Of a DNA stretch of 59,179 nucleotides, positions 34,917 to 45,001 are shown in pieces. A program made the position numbers and the translations under genes. Position 1 is the first letter of the stretch, and every line of letters starts with the position of its first letter. Where the stretch lies: positions 1 through 59,179 of the IMG/VR virus record IMGVR_UViG_3300021560_000020, one strand, 5' to 3'. The stretch is from a virus. Its lineage: Duplodnaviria > Caudoviricetes. Below the pieces are notes generated by a model. It saw nothing but the letters and a program-made list of their open reading frames with translations, was not told the origin of the DNA and searched no databases.

Positions 34917-35169
34917 GTTCCTACCTCCCGGTTTCTCTCTGCTCTATATGCTCATAGTTCTAGCAGAAGGTTGTTTAAACGTGCTAATTGGTTTAAAAAA
35001 ATACTGCATCTAAGCGCGATAATCAGAAACGCCCGGCCCCTGCTGTCTGCCCTTTCCCTGTACCAGAAATAGCAACTTCGAACTGCCAGCTAATCCGGTA
35101 TTCGGTTACTAGCCTAATGTGCGTCTGTATTGCGTCTGCCCCGTCCGTTCGTTAACGAATTTTCCCAAT

Positions 35170-36876
35170 ATGCTCGCGAATGTGGTTAAACCCGGCCAGG
35201 AAGCCGCCTGGGACAAGGCCAAGCAGATTGCGCTCAAACAGCGCAAGGCCTCCGATCCGCTCTACTGGGGCCTGGTCATGCACCTGTTCAAGTCCATGGT
35301 GGAGAAGGACGGCAGCGCGAGCGCCGAGGAACTGGCCTGGGCCTATCCCGAAGCTGAGCATGAAACGCAGACCGCCAGTACCGGCCCTGGCCGTGCCACC
35401 TGTACCGTATTGCTGGCCTACCACCGCGATCCCGACCAACCGATGCCCGCCTGGATCGAGGTCATGCCCGGCGGCCGCTTCCAGGCCGCCGACGGCCGCG
35501 GACCCTTCGTGGTGGCCGACGCGGAGGAAATCGTTCGGGCCTCCAATGAGGACATGCCCGAAGCCGGGATCGTCATCGACTACGATCACTCCACCGATCT
35601 TGCCGCCACCGAAGGTCGTCCCGCTCCCGCTGCCGGCTGGATCAAGCGGTTTAAGGTGATCGGCGGCAGAATCATGGCCGCGGTCGAGTGGACCAAAAAA
35701 GCTCTGGAAGCACTCAAGGCCAAGGAATACCGCTACATCTCGCCGGTCTTTGAACACGACAAGGGCAACCGGGTCGAACGTATCCTGCGCGCGGCGCTGA
35801 CCAACAATCCCGCATTGACGGAACTCCCCGCGATCGCATCGAGGCAACAGGCTATGGCTAAGCATCAGGAGATGAGTCTGTCAGAACGCGCCCGCCGCAT
35901 GGAGCAGGCCGTGTCCCGGCGCGATAATGAGGAAACCGCGGCCTATCACAAGCGGCTGATGAAACATCTGGCGCTGGATGACGAGGAAGAGGGTGCCGCC
36001 GCCGGACCGCCGGGAGACACCGATGCCGCTCCCGAAGACGACGAAGGCAGTACTGCCGATCTGGAGGACGAAGCTGCCGGTGCACTCAAAGATTGGGCCG
36101 AAGAGGAGGAGGGCGAGCCGGAGCATAGCGACAGCGTGGGCGATGATGAGGAACTGACCGCCCGCCATCGCGCGGAGGATGAAGCCCTGGCCCGCCGCCA
36201 CGACGAGGAACTCGCCGCCTGCCGTGAGGAGGATATGCGCAGCCAGCTTACCGCCCGGCACAAGTCCGAATCCGAAGAACTGGCGCGCAAACATGACGAG
36301 GAACTGGCCGCGTTCCGTACCGCCGCGGCGCGCAAGGCAGGAGGCGGTCTGGAACACAAGGCCCAACCCGGCGGCGGCGAGGGCAAGAACGTCAGCGATA
36401 CGGGAACCCCGATGAAATCACGCATGAGCATTCAACTGGTCAAGCACAACCGCCAGCTAATGAACACCGTCGGTAAGCTCATCAAGCGGGTCGATACCTT
36501 GGAACATCGCCACGTCAAGGATGTGGCCGTCAGCAAGGTCGATGCCGCGATCCGCTCCGGCCGTCTGATTCCCGGTCATCGCGAGTGGGGCATCCAGTAC
36601 TGCTCGTCCGACCCCAAGGGCTTTGACAGTTTTCTGGCCGGACAACCCCAGATCATCGCCAGCGGCCCCGACGGGACCTTTACCGGCCGCGTCGGCGCAC
36701 CTTCCGCCCAGGCGCAGCCGTTCAGCAGCAGCGCGCTGGAAATTCTGGCCAATATGGGACTGGAGACCGACGAGCAGATCGAACGCTGTGCCAAGGTGCA
36801 ACAGAACTGGAATCTGAAGTTTCCGCGCCCGCAACTGCGCCTGGACGATAGCGCGCTGGATCGGCAGGACAAGTAA
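35170..36876 (+). CDS. Mu I-like prohead protease/scaffold
   Basis: DGRGP, VIDYDH, APAAGWI, VEWT, EYRYISPVF, AALTNNP; acidic scaffold region. Confidence 0.92.
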   Translation: MLANVVKPGQEAAWDKAKQIALKQRKASDPLYWGLVMHLFKSMVEKDGSASAEELAWAYPEAEHETQTASTGPGRATCTVLLAYHRDPDQPMPAWIEVMPGGRFQAADGRGPFVVADAEEIVRASNEDMPEAGIVIDYDHSTDLAATEGRPAPAAGWIKRFKVIGGRIMAAVEWTKKALEALKAKEYRYISPVFEHDKGNRVERILRAALTNNPALTELPAIASRQQAMAKHQEMSLSERARRMEQAVSRRDNEETAAYHKRLMKHLALDDEEEGAAAGPPGDTDAAPEDDEGSTADLEDEAAGALKDWAEEEEGEPEHSDSVGDDEELTARHRAEDEALARRHDEELAACREEDMRSQLTARHKSESEELARKHDEELAAFRTAAARKAGGGLEHKAQPGGGEGKNVSDTGTPMKSRMSIQLVKHNRQLMNTVGKLIKRVDTLEHRHVKDVAVSKVDAAIRSGRLIPGHREWGIQYCSSDPKGFDSFLAGQPQIIASGPDGTFTGRVGAPSAQAQPFSSSALEILANMGLETDEQIERCAKVQQNWNLKFPRPQLRLDDSALDRQDK

Positions 36877-36893
36877 GAGGAGCACGAACCCAC

Positions 36894-37406
36894 ATGGCAG
36901 CACTTACCGGCTCTCGCAACACCTCGGAATGGGCAGTAGGCAATCGCTACCATTATGGCCTTGCAGGCGTAGAGGCGGCGACCTCGCTCTATGTCGGCGG
37001 CATGGTGGCGCTCGATGCCAACGGCTATGCCGTGCCCGCCCAACCGACCGGCGCCGGACCACTGGCTACCCTGCTGGTGGTCGGTATCGTGGAGTACGTC
37101 TATGCCGGAGGCATCATGCCGCCCGGCGTCAACGCCCTGAATCAGGCTGGCTTGGGCTCGGTCTTTCCCGGCGTACCGGCGGCTTCGCTCGGCAATGCCG
37201 GAGCCATCTCGGTCGGCATCGCCTGTTCGGTATTCGGCATGGACTTCGATGGCACCATTACCGGCGCGGTCAAAATGGGCCAGTTGGCCTATGCGCTGGA
37301 CGATCACACGGTCACTCTGACCGCGACCGGCCATGTTATTGCCGGACGGATTACCGCGGTTGAGGGCGGCCAGTGCTACATCAACTTCGACTCGCGCGCA
37401 CCGTGA
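36894..37406 (+). CDS. Head decoration/cement-like protein
   Basis: MAALT..RNT, Y.G.MV.L...GYAVP, YA.DD.TV, AG.I; between protease and capsid. Confidence 0.7.
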   Translation: MAALTGSRNTSEWAVGNRYHYGLAGVEAATSLYVGGMVALDANGYAVPAQPTGAGPLATLLVVGIVEYVYAGGIMPPGVNALNQAGLGSVFPGVPAASLGNAGAISVGIACSVFGMDFDGTITGAVKMGQLAYALDDHTVTLTATGHVIAGRITAVEGGQCYINFDSRAP

Positions 37407-37473
37407 TCCAATCAGTACTCAAGCGGCCCCACGGCACCGACCATTCATTTCTCAAGCGGAGCATGCAAACGCC

Positions 37474-38466
37474 ATGATGATAAGCGCGAACAACCTAACC
37501 GTGATGTTCACCGGCTTCGACACGATCTTTCAGCGTGGCTTTGAGATGGCTCCAAGCTACTACGAGAAGCTCGTCTCGGTCGTGCCGTCCTCCACCAGCC
37601 AGACCATGTATCCCTGGCTCGGCCGCACTACCGGCTTTCGGGAATGGACCGGCGACCGCGTGCTGCAGGCGCTCGAAGCTCATGCCTACACCATCGTCAA
37701 CAAGACCTTCGAAGATACCGTCGGCATCGAGCGCGAGCGGGTGGAGGACGATCAGTACGGCGTCTACACCCCGGTCATCGAGCAACTCGGCTGGGACGCC
37801 CGTACCTTTCCCGATCAGCTCATCTTCGGCATGATGCGGGCCGCCACTTCCGGCTCTCCGGTCACCATCGGCAAGGTCACGATTCCGGTGCCGATCTGTT
37901 ACGACGGGCTCAATCTCTATGCGGCCAATCATCCGGCTGGCCCGATGAACGAGACCTCGGCCTCCTTCCAGACCACCTTCTCCAACGTCAACACCTCCGG
38001 TACCGGCGCCTACTGGTATCTGGTCGATGCCGCCCGTCCGATCAAGAGTTTCATCTTCCAGAAGCGCCGTGAGTTTGCCGTCACCCGCATGAATACCGTG
38101 ACCGACGAGGCGGTATTCTCGCAGCGCCTGTTCCGCTATGGCGTGGACGTGCGCTGTAATGCCGGTGTCGGCCTGTGGCAGCTAACCTACGCCAGCAATA
38201 CCGACCTCTCCAATCCGGCCAACTATGCCGCCGCGGTAGCCGCCCTGCGCAACATCAAGAGCGATGCCGGAGTGCCGTTCGGGGCCTGGAACGGACCACC
38301 TACCAGCCGTTTCCTGGTCGTGCCGCCGTCACTTGAAGAAGTCGCCCGTCAGCTGCTACACGCGACTTTTGGTGCTGGCGCTATCGCAGGCGCGGTTAGT
38401 GCTATTCCTATTGCTAACGTTTACTTAAATGACGCGACCTTGATTGTTTCCGAATGGCTGGTCTAG
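37474..38466 (+). CDS. Major capsid protein (Mu gpT-like)
   Basis: Y.WLG....REW.GDR, NK.FE.TV, EDDQYG.Y, CYDG..F...HP, YGVD.R.N.G.G.WQ, LVVPP.LE. Confidence 0.93.
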   Translation: MMISANNLTVMFTGFDTIFQRGFEMAPSYYEKLVSVVPSSTSQTMYPWLGRTTGFREWTGDRVLQALEAHAYTIVNKTFEDTVGIERERVEDDQYGVYTPVIEQLGWDARTFPDQLIFGMMRAATSGSPVTIGKVTIPVPICYDGLNLYAANHPAGPMNETSASFQTTFSNVNTSGTGAYWYLVDAARPIKSFIFQKRREFAVTRMNTVTDEAVFSQRLFRYGVDVRCNAGVGLWQLTYASNTDLSNPANYAAAVAALRNIKSDAGVPFGAWNGPPTSRFLVVPPSLEEVARQLLHATFGAGAIAGAVSAIPIANVYLNDATLIVSEWLV

Positions 38467-38479
38467 GAGGTATCGTTTG

Positions 38480-39094
38480 ATGAGCGATCAATCACTGGAC
38501 CAAAGCTTCGCGCGCCACTTCTCGATGGCCGGCTCACCACCCGCCTACTCGCCGGACTGGAGCGGCAAGCTCGATGAACGGCCCGATACTCCTCCCGACG
38601 GGGAGGTCGAGATCGACGCCACCCAGCTTGATCTGCTGAAATGGTCGCTGGCCACCGTCGGCCCGGTGCTGCTTTCCATCAATCTGCCCAAGCAGGAGGC
38701 GCGCACCGGTATAATGGTGCTCGCTCTACCGGAATCGAAGGAAAGCCTGCCGGCAGATGTGATGCTGACCAAATATGATCATAACGGTCTCTTTTACGGC
38801 ACGGAGCTATCGGCGGAGGGCACTCCGCAGCCCATCGTCCTATCCCCGGAAATGCTGCGCGGCCTTTACGATGACGGCATGCCCTATGTCACCAGCGCCA
38901 CGGTGCAGCTAGTCTCAGGCTGGATACTGCCGGCAGTCGGTGCGCCCGGATGGAATCATTTGAGCAATCTCGGCCAGGAACTCGCCGCGGCGTTGCCGCC
39001 GCCGACCTCTACCGCCGAGAAGCAGACTACGACAGAAATCCCATCAGCAGCCAAGACCGAGACCGACCCGGCGACTCAGACACGACCGCGATGA
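38480..39094 (+). CDS. Hypothetical protein
   Basis: AGGAGGT RBS. Confidence 0.7.
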   Translation: MSDQSLDQSFARHFSMAGSPPAYSPDWSGKLDERPDTPPDGEVEIDATQLDLLKWSLATVGPVLLSINLPKQEARTGIMVLALPESKESLPADVMLTKYDHNGLFYGTELSAEGTPQPIVLSPEMLRGLYDDGMPYVTSATVQLVSGWILPAVGAPGWNHLSNLGQELAAALPPPTSTAEKQTTTEIPSAAKTETDPATQTRPR

Positions 39095-39191
39095 AGTTAA
39101 GCCATAACCGACGACACCGCGCCTTGTTCTGCTAATTGCCGCTCAAGGCAGGGCGGACGCGCGTGCGCCTGGTCACAGGAGCAGACGTTAA

Positions 39192-39860
39192 ATGAGCTAC
39201 GCCATGCCTGCGGATATGGAGGCGCGTTATCCGGCCCGCGACCTCATTCAGCTTACCAACGAAGTCACGCCCCTGGTACTGACCTTCAACGCGGGCGATA
39301 CCATTACTCTGCCTTATAGCCCGCTCTCGCTGGTATTCGTGCAGAGCCAACTGGAAGCCCCCTTCCCGCTGACCACCAGTACCTATCAGGAAGGCCCCGA
39401 TTACACGGTCAACCGGACCACCGGCATGATTACCCGCGTCACCACCGGCAGCATCGCCGCCGGAGCCACGGTCTACGTCAGCACCGACAATCCGACCTTC
39501 ATCCAGACCTTCCTCGACGATGCGACCGACGAGATCGACTCGATCATCCGCACCCGCTTCGCCCTGCCGCTGACCAACATCCCGCGCGAATTCACCCGCT
39601 TCTGCTGCGACATCGCCATGTACCGCATTCAGCAGTTGCGGCCGATCCACGATCTGGCCCGGGCCCAGAAGGTCTACGACGAGGATATTCACTACCTCGA
39701 CCTGGTGCGTACCGGCGAGCGCAACCTCTCCCTGAGCCTGCTCAACCTCGAAATTGACGCGCCCAACAATCCCTCCGTGGTGTTCGTCAACTCGGGTGGA
39801 GACCCTACCGGCACGCTACCGCAGAGGGTATTCAACCGTGGTTCCCTCATCGGGATGTGA
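39192..39860 (+). CDS. Head-tail adaptor (Mu gp36/DUF1320) with inserted beta domain
   Basis: MSYA...DM..RY....LIQLT; DA..EIDS....RF.LPL, CDIA.YR. Confidence 0.85.
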   Translation: MSYAMPADMEARYPARDLIQLTNEVTPLVLTFNAGDTITLPYSPLSLVFVQSQLEAPFPLTTSTYQEGPDYTVNRTTGMITRVTTGSIAAGATVYVSTDNPTFIQTFLDDATDEIDSIIRTRFALPLTNIPREFTRFCCDIAMYRIQQLRPIHDLARAQKVYDEDIHYLDLVRTGERNLSLSLLNLEIDAPNNPSVVFVNSGGDPTGTLPQRVFNRGSLIGM

Positions 39861-39865
39861 TTCAT

Positions 39866-40396
39866 ATGGCCGAACCGGGTATTGCCCTTAAAATCGAAGT
39901 CAAAGGCCTCGCCAAGGCTCAGGAAGCAGTGAAGGAAATCGAGCAGCGCGGCGGCGATCTTAAGCTGCCGTTTACCAGCGCGGGCCGCTTTCTGCTCATG
40001 CGCACCCATGAGCACTTCGAAAAGACCGAGAGTGCCGAAGGCGAGAAATGGAAGCCCTTGTCGGGCCGGACGTTAAGGCAGCATCAGACCTACTACGAGC
40101 GCAAGCGCCGGAGGAAACCTCCGCCGGAAGGTGCCCGTACCGGCTACGAACCCTTGTTCCTGACCGGCCGCCTGCTCGCCTCGATCCAGATGGCCGCCAG
40201 CAAGGACGGCCTCTCTATCGGCACCAACCGCCGCTTTCCCGGCGGCACCAAGTCAGCCGGCGCCATCCATCAACTCGGCGGCCTGGCCGGGCGCAATCAT
40301 ACCGTCCATATTCCAGCCCGTCCCTTCCTGGGCATGAACGAGGATGATGCCGACCGCGTGGCGGAGATTCTGATGAGTTTTCTGGCCAAGTCATGA
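39866..40396 (+). CDS. Virion morphogenesis protein (Mu gpG / P2 gpS-like)
   Basis: G..W.PLS, TG.L..SI, GTN, AIHQ.GG, IPARPFLG. Confidence 0.9.
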   Translation: MAEPGIALKIEVKGLAKAQEAVKEIEQRGGDLKLPFTSAGRFLLMRTHEHFEKTESAEGEKWKPLSGRTLRQHQTYYERKRRRKPPPEGARTGYEPLFLTGRLLASIQMAASKDGLSIGTNRRFPGGTKSAGAIHQLGGLAGRNHTVHIPARPFLGMNEDDADRVAEILMSFLAKS

Positions 40397-41256
40397 GCAC
40401 TCCGCCCTATCTTCAGCCGCCGCCGTGGCCGGGAGGCGGGAGCTTCGAACCCCCCACCGCGGGCGACATTGCGAGCATCGAGGCCGCCCTGGTGCAGCGC
40501 CTCCAGTTGCAGATCGGCAGCAACGGGCCCAATGCGGTTGAGGTGGTGCATTTCCCCGACAAGCCGGAGAAGTACCGGGAGGTTCACCGCATCGGCGTGG
40601 TCATGGTGATCTACGGCGGCTCGGATTACGGCGAGATTATCGACACCAGCTTCATGATGCAGGAACGCACCCTCGAATGGGTCATCGCGGTGCTCATGCG
40701 TGATCTCGGCTGGGCCTACGGCGGTCCCCGTTCCGGCACTTCGCCGGGGGCCTATTCGATCATCGAGGCCATTCGTGCCGCGCTCATCGGCTGGGTGCCG
40801 ACCGGGGCCTGCACGCAGATGCGGCCGCTCGGCGACAAGTTCGTCGAACGCGACTCGGAAGGTGGCGTATGGATTTACGAGATGCGCTTCTCGACCCGGG
40901 CCATGTCGGTGCCCTACTATGCGCCGCCCGACGACCAGTATCCGCCGCTGACCCACATCAAGCTCATGGAGGAGAACGCCATCACCACGACGCCGGTCCC
41001 GGCCGCCTCCTACACCTTCTCCGGCACCGCGCCGCAGACCGTCACCCTGCCCCAGCGCAACGTCTCGATGGTGGTGGTGATGAGCAGCAATCTCGCGATC
41101 ACCTACGTGCTCAATACCGACTATCTGCTGGACAGCGTGCACGGCATCATCACCCAGATCACGACCGGCGCGATTACTGCCAACGAGCAGGTCACCGTCA
41201 GCTACGACTATGCCGACATCGTGGACGTGCCCGACCCCAACTGGCCGCAGCAGTAA
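40393..41256 (+). CDS. Tail terminator (Mu gp37-like) with C-terminal beta domain
   Basis: FP..P..Y...H..G.V.V.Y.GS.Y, GAY....IR.AL.GW.P, GVW.Y...F. Confidence 0.75.
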   Translation: MSTPPYLQPPPWPGGGSFEPPTAGDIASIEAALVQRLQLQIGSNGPNAVEVVHFPDKPEKYREVHRIGVVMVIYGGSDYGEIIDTSFMMQERTLEWVIAVLMRDLGWAYGGPRSGTSPGAYSIIEAIRAALIGWVPTGACTQMRPLGDKFVERDSEGGVWIYEMRFSTRAMSVPYYAPPDDQYPPLTHIKLMEENAITTTPVPAASYTFSGTAPQTVTLPQRNVSMVVVMSSNLAITYVLNTDYLLDSVHGIITQITTGAITANEQVTVSYDYADIVDVPDPNWPQQ

Positions 41257-41261
41257 AATTC

Positions 41262-41483
41262 ATGGCCGCACAACCGACCGATCTTTGCACCGTCCCCATC
41301 TGTGGCCACCAGCATCAGCAGCACTGGTGGGACGCCATTCACCCGCGGCAGACCCGGCTCATCGCGCCGCTCCAGCCCCGGCTGACTGCCGGACTTTGCA
41401 CGCTCTGCGCCTGCACCGGCTATCAGGCCGCCAGCTATACTACGGTCGCGTCGGCGGAGGATTCGCTAGAATCGGCATCATGA
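41262..41483 (+). CDS. Small Cys/His-rich protein
   Basis: C....CGH....H and C..C.C..Y. Confidence 0.5.
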   Translation: MAAQPTDLCTVPICGHQHQQHWWDAIHPRQTRLIAPLQPRLTAGLCTLCACTGYQAASYTTVASAEDSLESAS

Positions 41484-41797
41484 GCACCGAAAACCACGAT
41501 GAACCGGTCCGACTGCCGGCGATAATCACCAGTTCCTGGACGCGGGAAATCCTCGAGAACGGACGCAAGCGCTTCAAGTTCCATGCTATCCAGGTCCCGT
41601 TGGATCATTCGCCAGCACCCGTTATCCAGGTCGCTGTTGAGCATCCCCGCCTTGCGGCGCCTCCGGTGGTAGTGGGAGAACTGGTGCTGGAAATCGTCAA
41701 TCTGGACGTGGCGCGGATTCTGATAGCCGCGGTCCAGCAAGTACTGGCGGCACAGCCGCCCGAGCTGCATAGGGTGCCGGGATGGAGCAAACCGTAG
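41480..41797 (+). CDS. Hypothetical protein
   Basis: ATGA coupling. Confidence 0.5.
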   Translation: MSTENHDEPVRLPAIITSSWTREILENGRKRFKFHAIQVPLDHSPAPVIQVAVEHPRLAAPPVVVGELVLEIVNLDVARILIAAVQQVLAAQPPELHRVPGWSKP

Positions 41798-42276
41798 AGA
41801 ACCAAGTCGAAGTCCTGTTCAACGCCGCCGGAGACTATTACATCGCAGGCGTCGGCCGCAACCATACCTTCTGGTTGTCGGTCGGGAAGTTCCCCTTGCC
41901 AGTAGCCGACAAGTGGCAATTGCCCGGAGCCTACGCCGCCTGCATCATGCGCGGACGCGATTACTACCGGCTGGCGTTTAATCCGTGGACCCTGCCGCAA
42001 ACCGCCGGACAGGGCAAATTTCTGCTGGCCGATGATGAGTTGGCAAGAGACTACCGGGACGCCTGCTGGTGGTCCGCGGCGCTCGAAGAGGCGTGGCGCA
42101 GCCTCGACAAGGTGCCCGCCATCACTGCCGTACTTAATGCACTGCTTGAGCAAAAGGATCGCCGCATTGCCGAACTGGAGACGATGCTGTACGACCGGCC
42201 CGCCGAAGCAAAACCGGAAGCACCGCGTACTGAACCGGCACGCACCAGCGCCCGCGCCCCGCGCAAGGAGCAATAG
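41782..42276 (+). CDS. Hypothetical protein
   Basis: In-operon ORF. Confidence 0.6.
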   Translation: MEQTVENQVEVLFNAAGDYYIAGVGRNHTFWLSVGKFPLPVADKWQLPGAYAACIMRGRDYYRLAFNPWTLPQTAGQGKFLLADDELARDYRDACWWSAALEEAWRSLDKVPAITAVLNALLEQKDRRIAELETMLYDRPAEAKPEAPRTEPARTSARAPRKEQ

Positions 42277-42279
42277 ACC

Positions 42280-42654
42280 ATGGCCGACCTCCACGCCAAA
42301 CCCAATCTCGAACCCGCCGATCCGCCCGCGCCCGCTCCGGTCGCGGTGCTGAACGTGCTCTATTCCGCTTTGCAGGACGTGTACCAGGTGCCGAGTTGCG
42401 CGCAAAGCTTCTGGCTCAGCACGATGGTTTATTATCAGGACGACCAGCACGATTCGGTGGCCACTGCCGACGGCCTCGGCTATCGGCGCAAGTATGCGCA
42501 GCCGGGGATGCCGATTACTCCCGGCAGCTTTTCCGCCTTGCCGCAGACCGATCCATTGGTGGCCGATTACCTTTACACCTGCCCGACCGCGACGCCGTTG
42601 GGCAGTACCGAAACCAAGGCGCCGTCCTCCGATCTGACCGGGCAGGACGGGTAA
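42280..42654 (+). CDS. Hypothetical protein
   Basis: AAGGAG RBS. Confidence 0.6.
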   Translation: MADLHAKPNLEPADPPAPAPVAVLNVLYSALQDVYQVPSCAQSFWLSTMVYYQDDQHDSVATADGLGYRRKYAQPGMPITPGSFSALPQTDPLVADYLYTCPTATPLGSTETKAPSSDLTGQDG

Positions 42655-42845
42655 TGATCGTCTACCTCCAGATATTCGGCACCGCGCTAATCTTTTTCGG
42701 CGGCATAGCACTCGGCTTTTATCTGCGCGGAAGGTTCGAGTGGCACCAGCGGCGGCACCACAATCAAGCGCAGTTGGAACGCTGGCGCAGACAGGCGAAC
42801 TCCCCCAGGTCAGCACGCAAACTCAGTCGGGCAGAAGGACACTGA
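42654..42845 (+). CDS. Small single-TM protein
   Basis: TAATG coupling; N-terminal hydrophobic helix. Confidence 0.5.
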   Translation: MIVYLQIFGTALIFFGGIALGFYLRGRFEWHQRRHHNQAQLERWRRQANSPRSARKLSRAEGH

Positions 42846-42846
42846 T

Positions 42847-44967
42847 ATGGCAGGACCGGCCTTTTTACATGGCGTTGAAATCTTCGAGTACACCGCAGGT
42901 CCGGTACCGGTAACGGTACTCGGCGCTGCCGTCGTCGGCATCGTCGGCTCCGCGCCGCTTTTTGCGGTACCCGGCGCATTGCCCTTATGGAGCTCCCGCC
43001 GTCTGGTTCAGGCGCAACCCGGCTGGGCGGCTTCGACCATGCAGCAGGTCGGCAGCCTGATCGTCGATACCAACGGCAATACCCAGAAATGCACCACCGC
43101 AGGCGTGACCGGCACTTCGCCGCCGTTCTTCGGGCGCACGCTCAACGCCACCACCAACGACGGCACCGCAAGCTGGACGCTGATCGCGGTCGGGGCCAGC
43201 GCCGGATACCAGATCGTGGACTCGCGCGGCAATGTGGAGACGGTTACCGGCGTATCTACTGCCAACTATGCTACCGGCACCGCCTATGTCGTGAGCCAGT
43301 TGGCCATCGACGGCAACGGTAATACGCAGCGCTGTCTGGTGGCGGGAACCTCCGGCGGTACCGCACCGACCTGGAGCACCACGCTCGGTGCTTCCACCAC
43401 CGATAACACGGTGACCTGGGTGCTGGTGGCCATCGGCCGCGCGGGCCTGACCGGCACTACGCAACCGACCTGGACCGGCACGCTCAACGCGACCATCGTG
43501 GACGGGACTGCCACTTGGACCACGACCCAACTCGGCCCGATCGCCAATCTACAAACCCCGACCCTGGTGCTGGGCGCGAACCCCAATTCGCTCGCGCCGG
43601 GACAAACCGGCACGTTCGGCCCGATGATTCAGGGCTACACCATCCCCTACGCGCTCAATCAGGTGTTCCAGCAGGGCGCGGGCCAGTGCATCGTGGTCAA
43701 CGTCTTCGATCAGACCAAGCATTTCACCAGCCTCTCGGCGCAGAGTCTGGCCTTTCCGGCAACCGGCGTGCAGGCGATTAACCTGGGGCACATGGGCGTT
43801 TCGGGCGTGGTCGTAACCAATGTCGGCGCCACCATCACCTATCTCCAAGGCGCGGACTATACGGTCGACCGCACCAACGGCGTAATCACTGCCCTGGGCG
43901 GCGGACTGATCGCTGCCGGGCAGAGCGTGCTGGTGACCTACAACTATGCCGATCCTTCGAAGATCGTCGATGCCGATCTGGTCGGCACCGTAACCACCGG
44001 AGTCTATACCGGCATCCAGGCTTGGCGCATCTGCTATTCGATGTTCGGCTTCTTCCCCAAGCTGCTCATCGCGCCGAGCTACGATCCCGCCATCGGCCAG
44101 AGCGTGGGCAGTCAGGACGCCACCGTGGCGGCCGCGCTGGCCTCAGTCGCCATCGCGATGCGCTCGGTCTACTTCGTGGACTGCGCCGCCTACCAGACGC
44201 CGCAGCAGCTGCTGGTCTCGCGCGGCACCGCGGGCAGTTCCTTCAACAGTTCCGACCGACGGGCCTATCTGTGCGGACCGCACGTTCTGTTCAGCGATTC
44301 GGGCCTCAGCCCCACTGGCGTCAGCATCAATCCGGTAACCGGCGCGACCATCCAGAACGCGGTCAATCTGACCCGCAGCACCGCGCTGAGTCCTTTCGTA
44401 GCGGGCGCGACCAGCGGCAACGACGCGGTACAGGGCTACTGGTGGGGACCGTCCAATCTGCAACTCAACGGACCGCTCGGCACCGACGTGAACCTCTATG
44501 CCAGCCCGATCGATCCCAACAACGACGCCAATAATCTCAACGCGCAGGGCATCGGTACGGTGTTTCAGGCCTACGCTACCGGCTATCGTTCATGGGGCAA
44601 TCGCAGCGCGGCTTTCCCGACCTACTCCTCGCCCGACACCTTTCTCGCGGTGCGCCGCATCATGGATGGAGTCGAACAGTCGCTCCAGGTCTCGATGTTC
44701 CAGTTCCTCGACCAGCCGATTACCAACGGACTGATCTCGACCATCCTGGCCTCGGCCAACGGCTTTCTGGCCACCATGGTCGGACGCGGCGCCTTGATCG
44801 CGGGCACCGCCACGTTCAATACCTCCGAGAATCCCCCGGCGCAAATCGCCAACGGGCAGTTGGTCTTCGACATCAGCTGCATCCCGGCAATCCCGGCCGA
44901 ACGGCTGACCTTCAACGTCACGCTCGATACCACGCTGCTCACCACCATCACCGCGGTGGCGGCTTGA
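42847..44967 (+). CDS. Contractile tail sheath (P2 FI-like) with inserted domains
   Basis: FLHGVE, V.G.VG.AP, PKLLIAP, G.W..PSN, LN..GI, G.R.WGNR, F..VRR, P..PAER.TF. Confidence 0.92.
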   Translation: MAGPAFLHGVEIFEYTAGPVPVTVLGAAVVGIVGSAPLFAVPGALPLWSSRRLVQAQPGWAASTMQQVGSLIVDTNGNTQKCTTAGVTGTSPPFFGRTLNATTNDGTASWTLIAVGASAGYQIVDSRGNVETVTGVSTANYATGTAYVVSQLAIDGNGNTQRCLVAGTSGGTAPTWSTTLGASTTDNTVTWVLVAIGRAGLTGTTQPTWTGTLNATIVDGTATWTTTQLGPIANLQTPTLVLGANPNSLAPGQTGTFGPMIQGYTIPYALNQVFQQGAGQCIVVNVFDQTKHFTSLSAQSLAFPATGVQAINLGHMGVSGVVVTNVGATITYLQGADYTVDRTNGVITALGGGLIAAGQSVLVTYNYADPSKIVDADLVGTVTTGVYTGIQAWRICYSMFGFFPKLLIAPSYDPAIGQSVGSQDATVAAALASVAIAMRSVYFVDCAAYQTPQQLLVSRGTAGSSFNSSDRRAYLCGPHVLFSDSGLSPTGVSINPVTGATIQNAVNLTRSTALSPFVAGATSGNDAVQGYWWGPSNLQLNGPLGTDVNLYASPIDPNNDANNLNAQGIGTVFQAYATGYRSWGNRSAAFPTYSSPDTFLAVRRIMDGVEQSLQVSMFQFLDQPITNGLISTILASANGFLATMVGRGALIAGTATFNTSENPPAQIANGQLVFDISCIPAIPAERLTFNVTLDTTLLTTITAVAA

Positions 44968-45001
44968 GCGAGAACACTGACCGCAGGTTACGAGGTATCC
45001 A

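Noticed and set aside
35990-36320. Repeated EEL.ARH..E units in the protease gene
   Set aside because: Low-complexity coiled-coil scaffold region, expected in Mu I/Z-type proteins.
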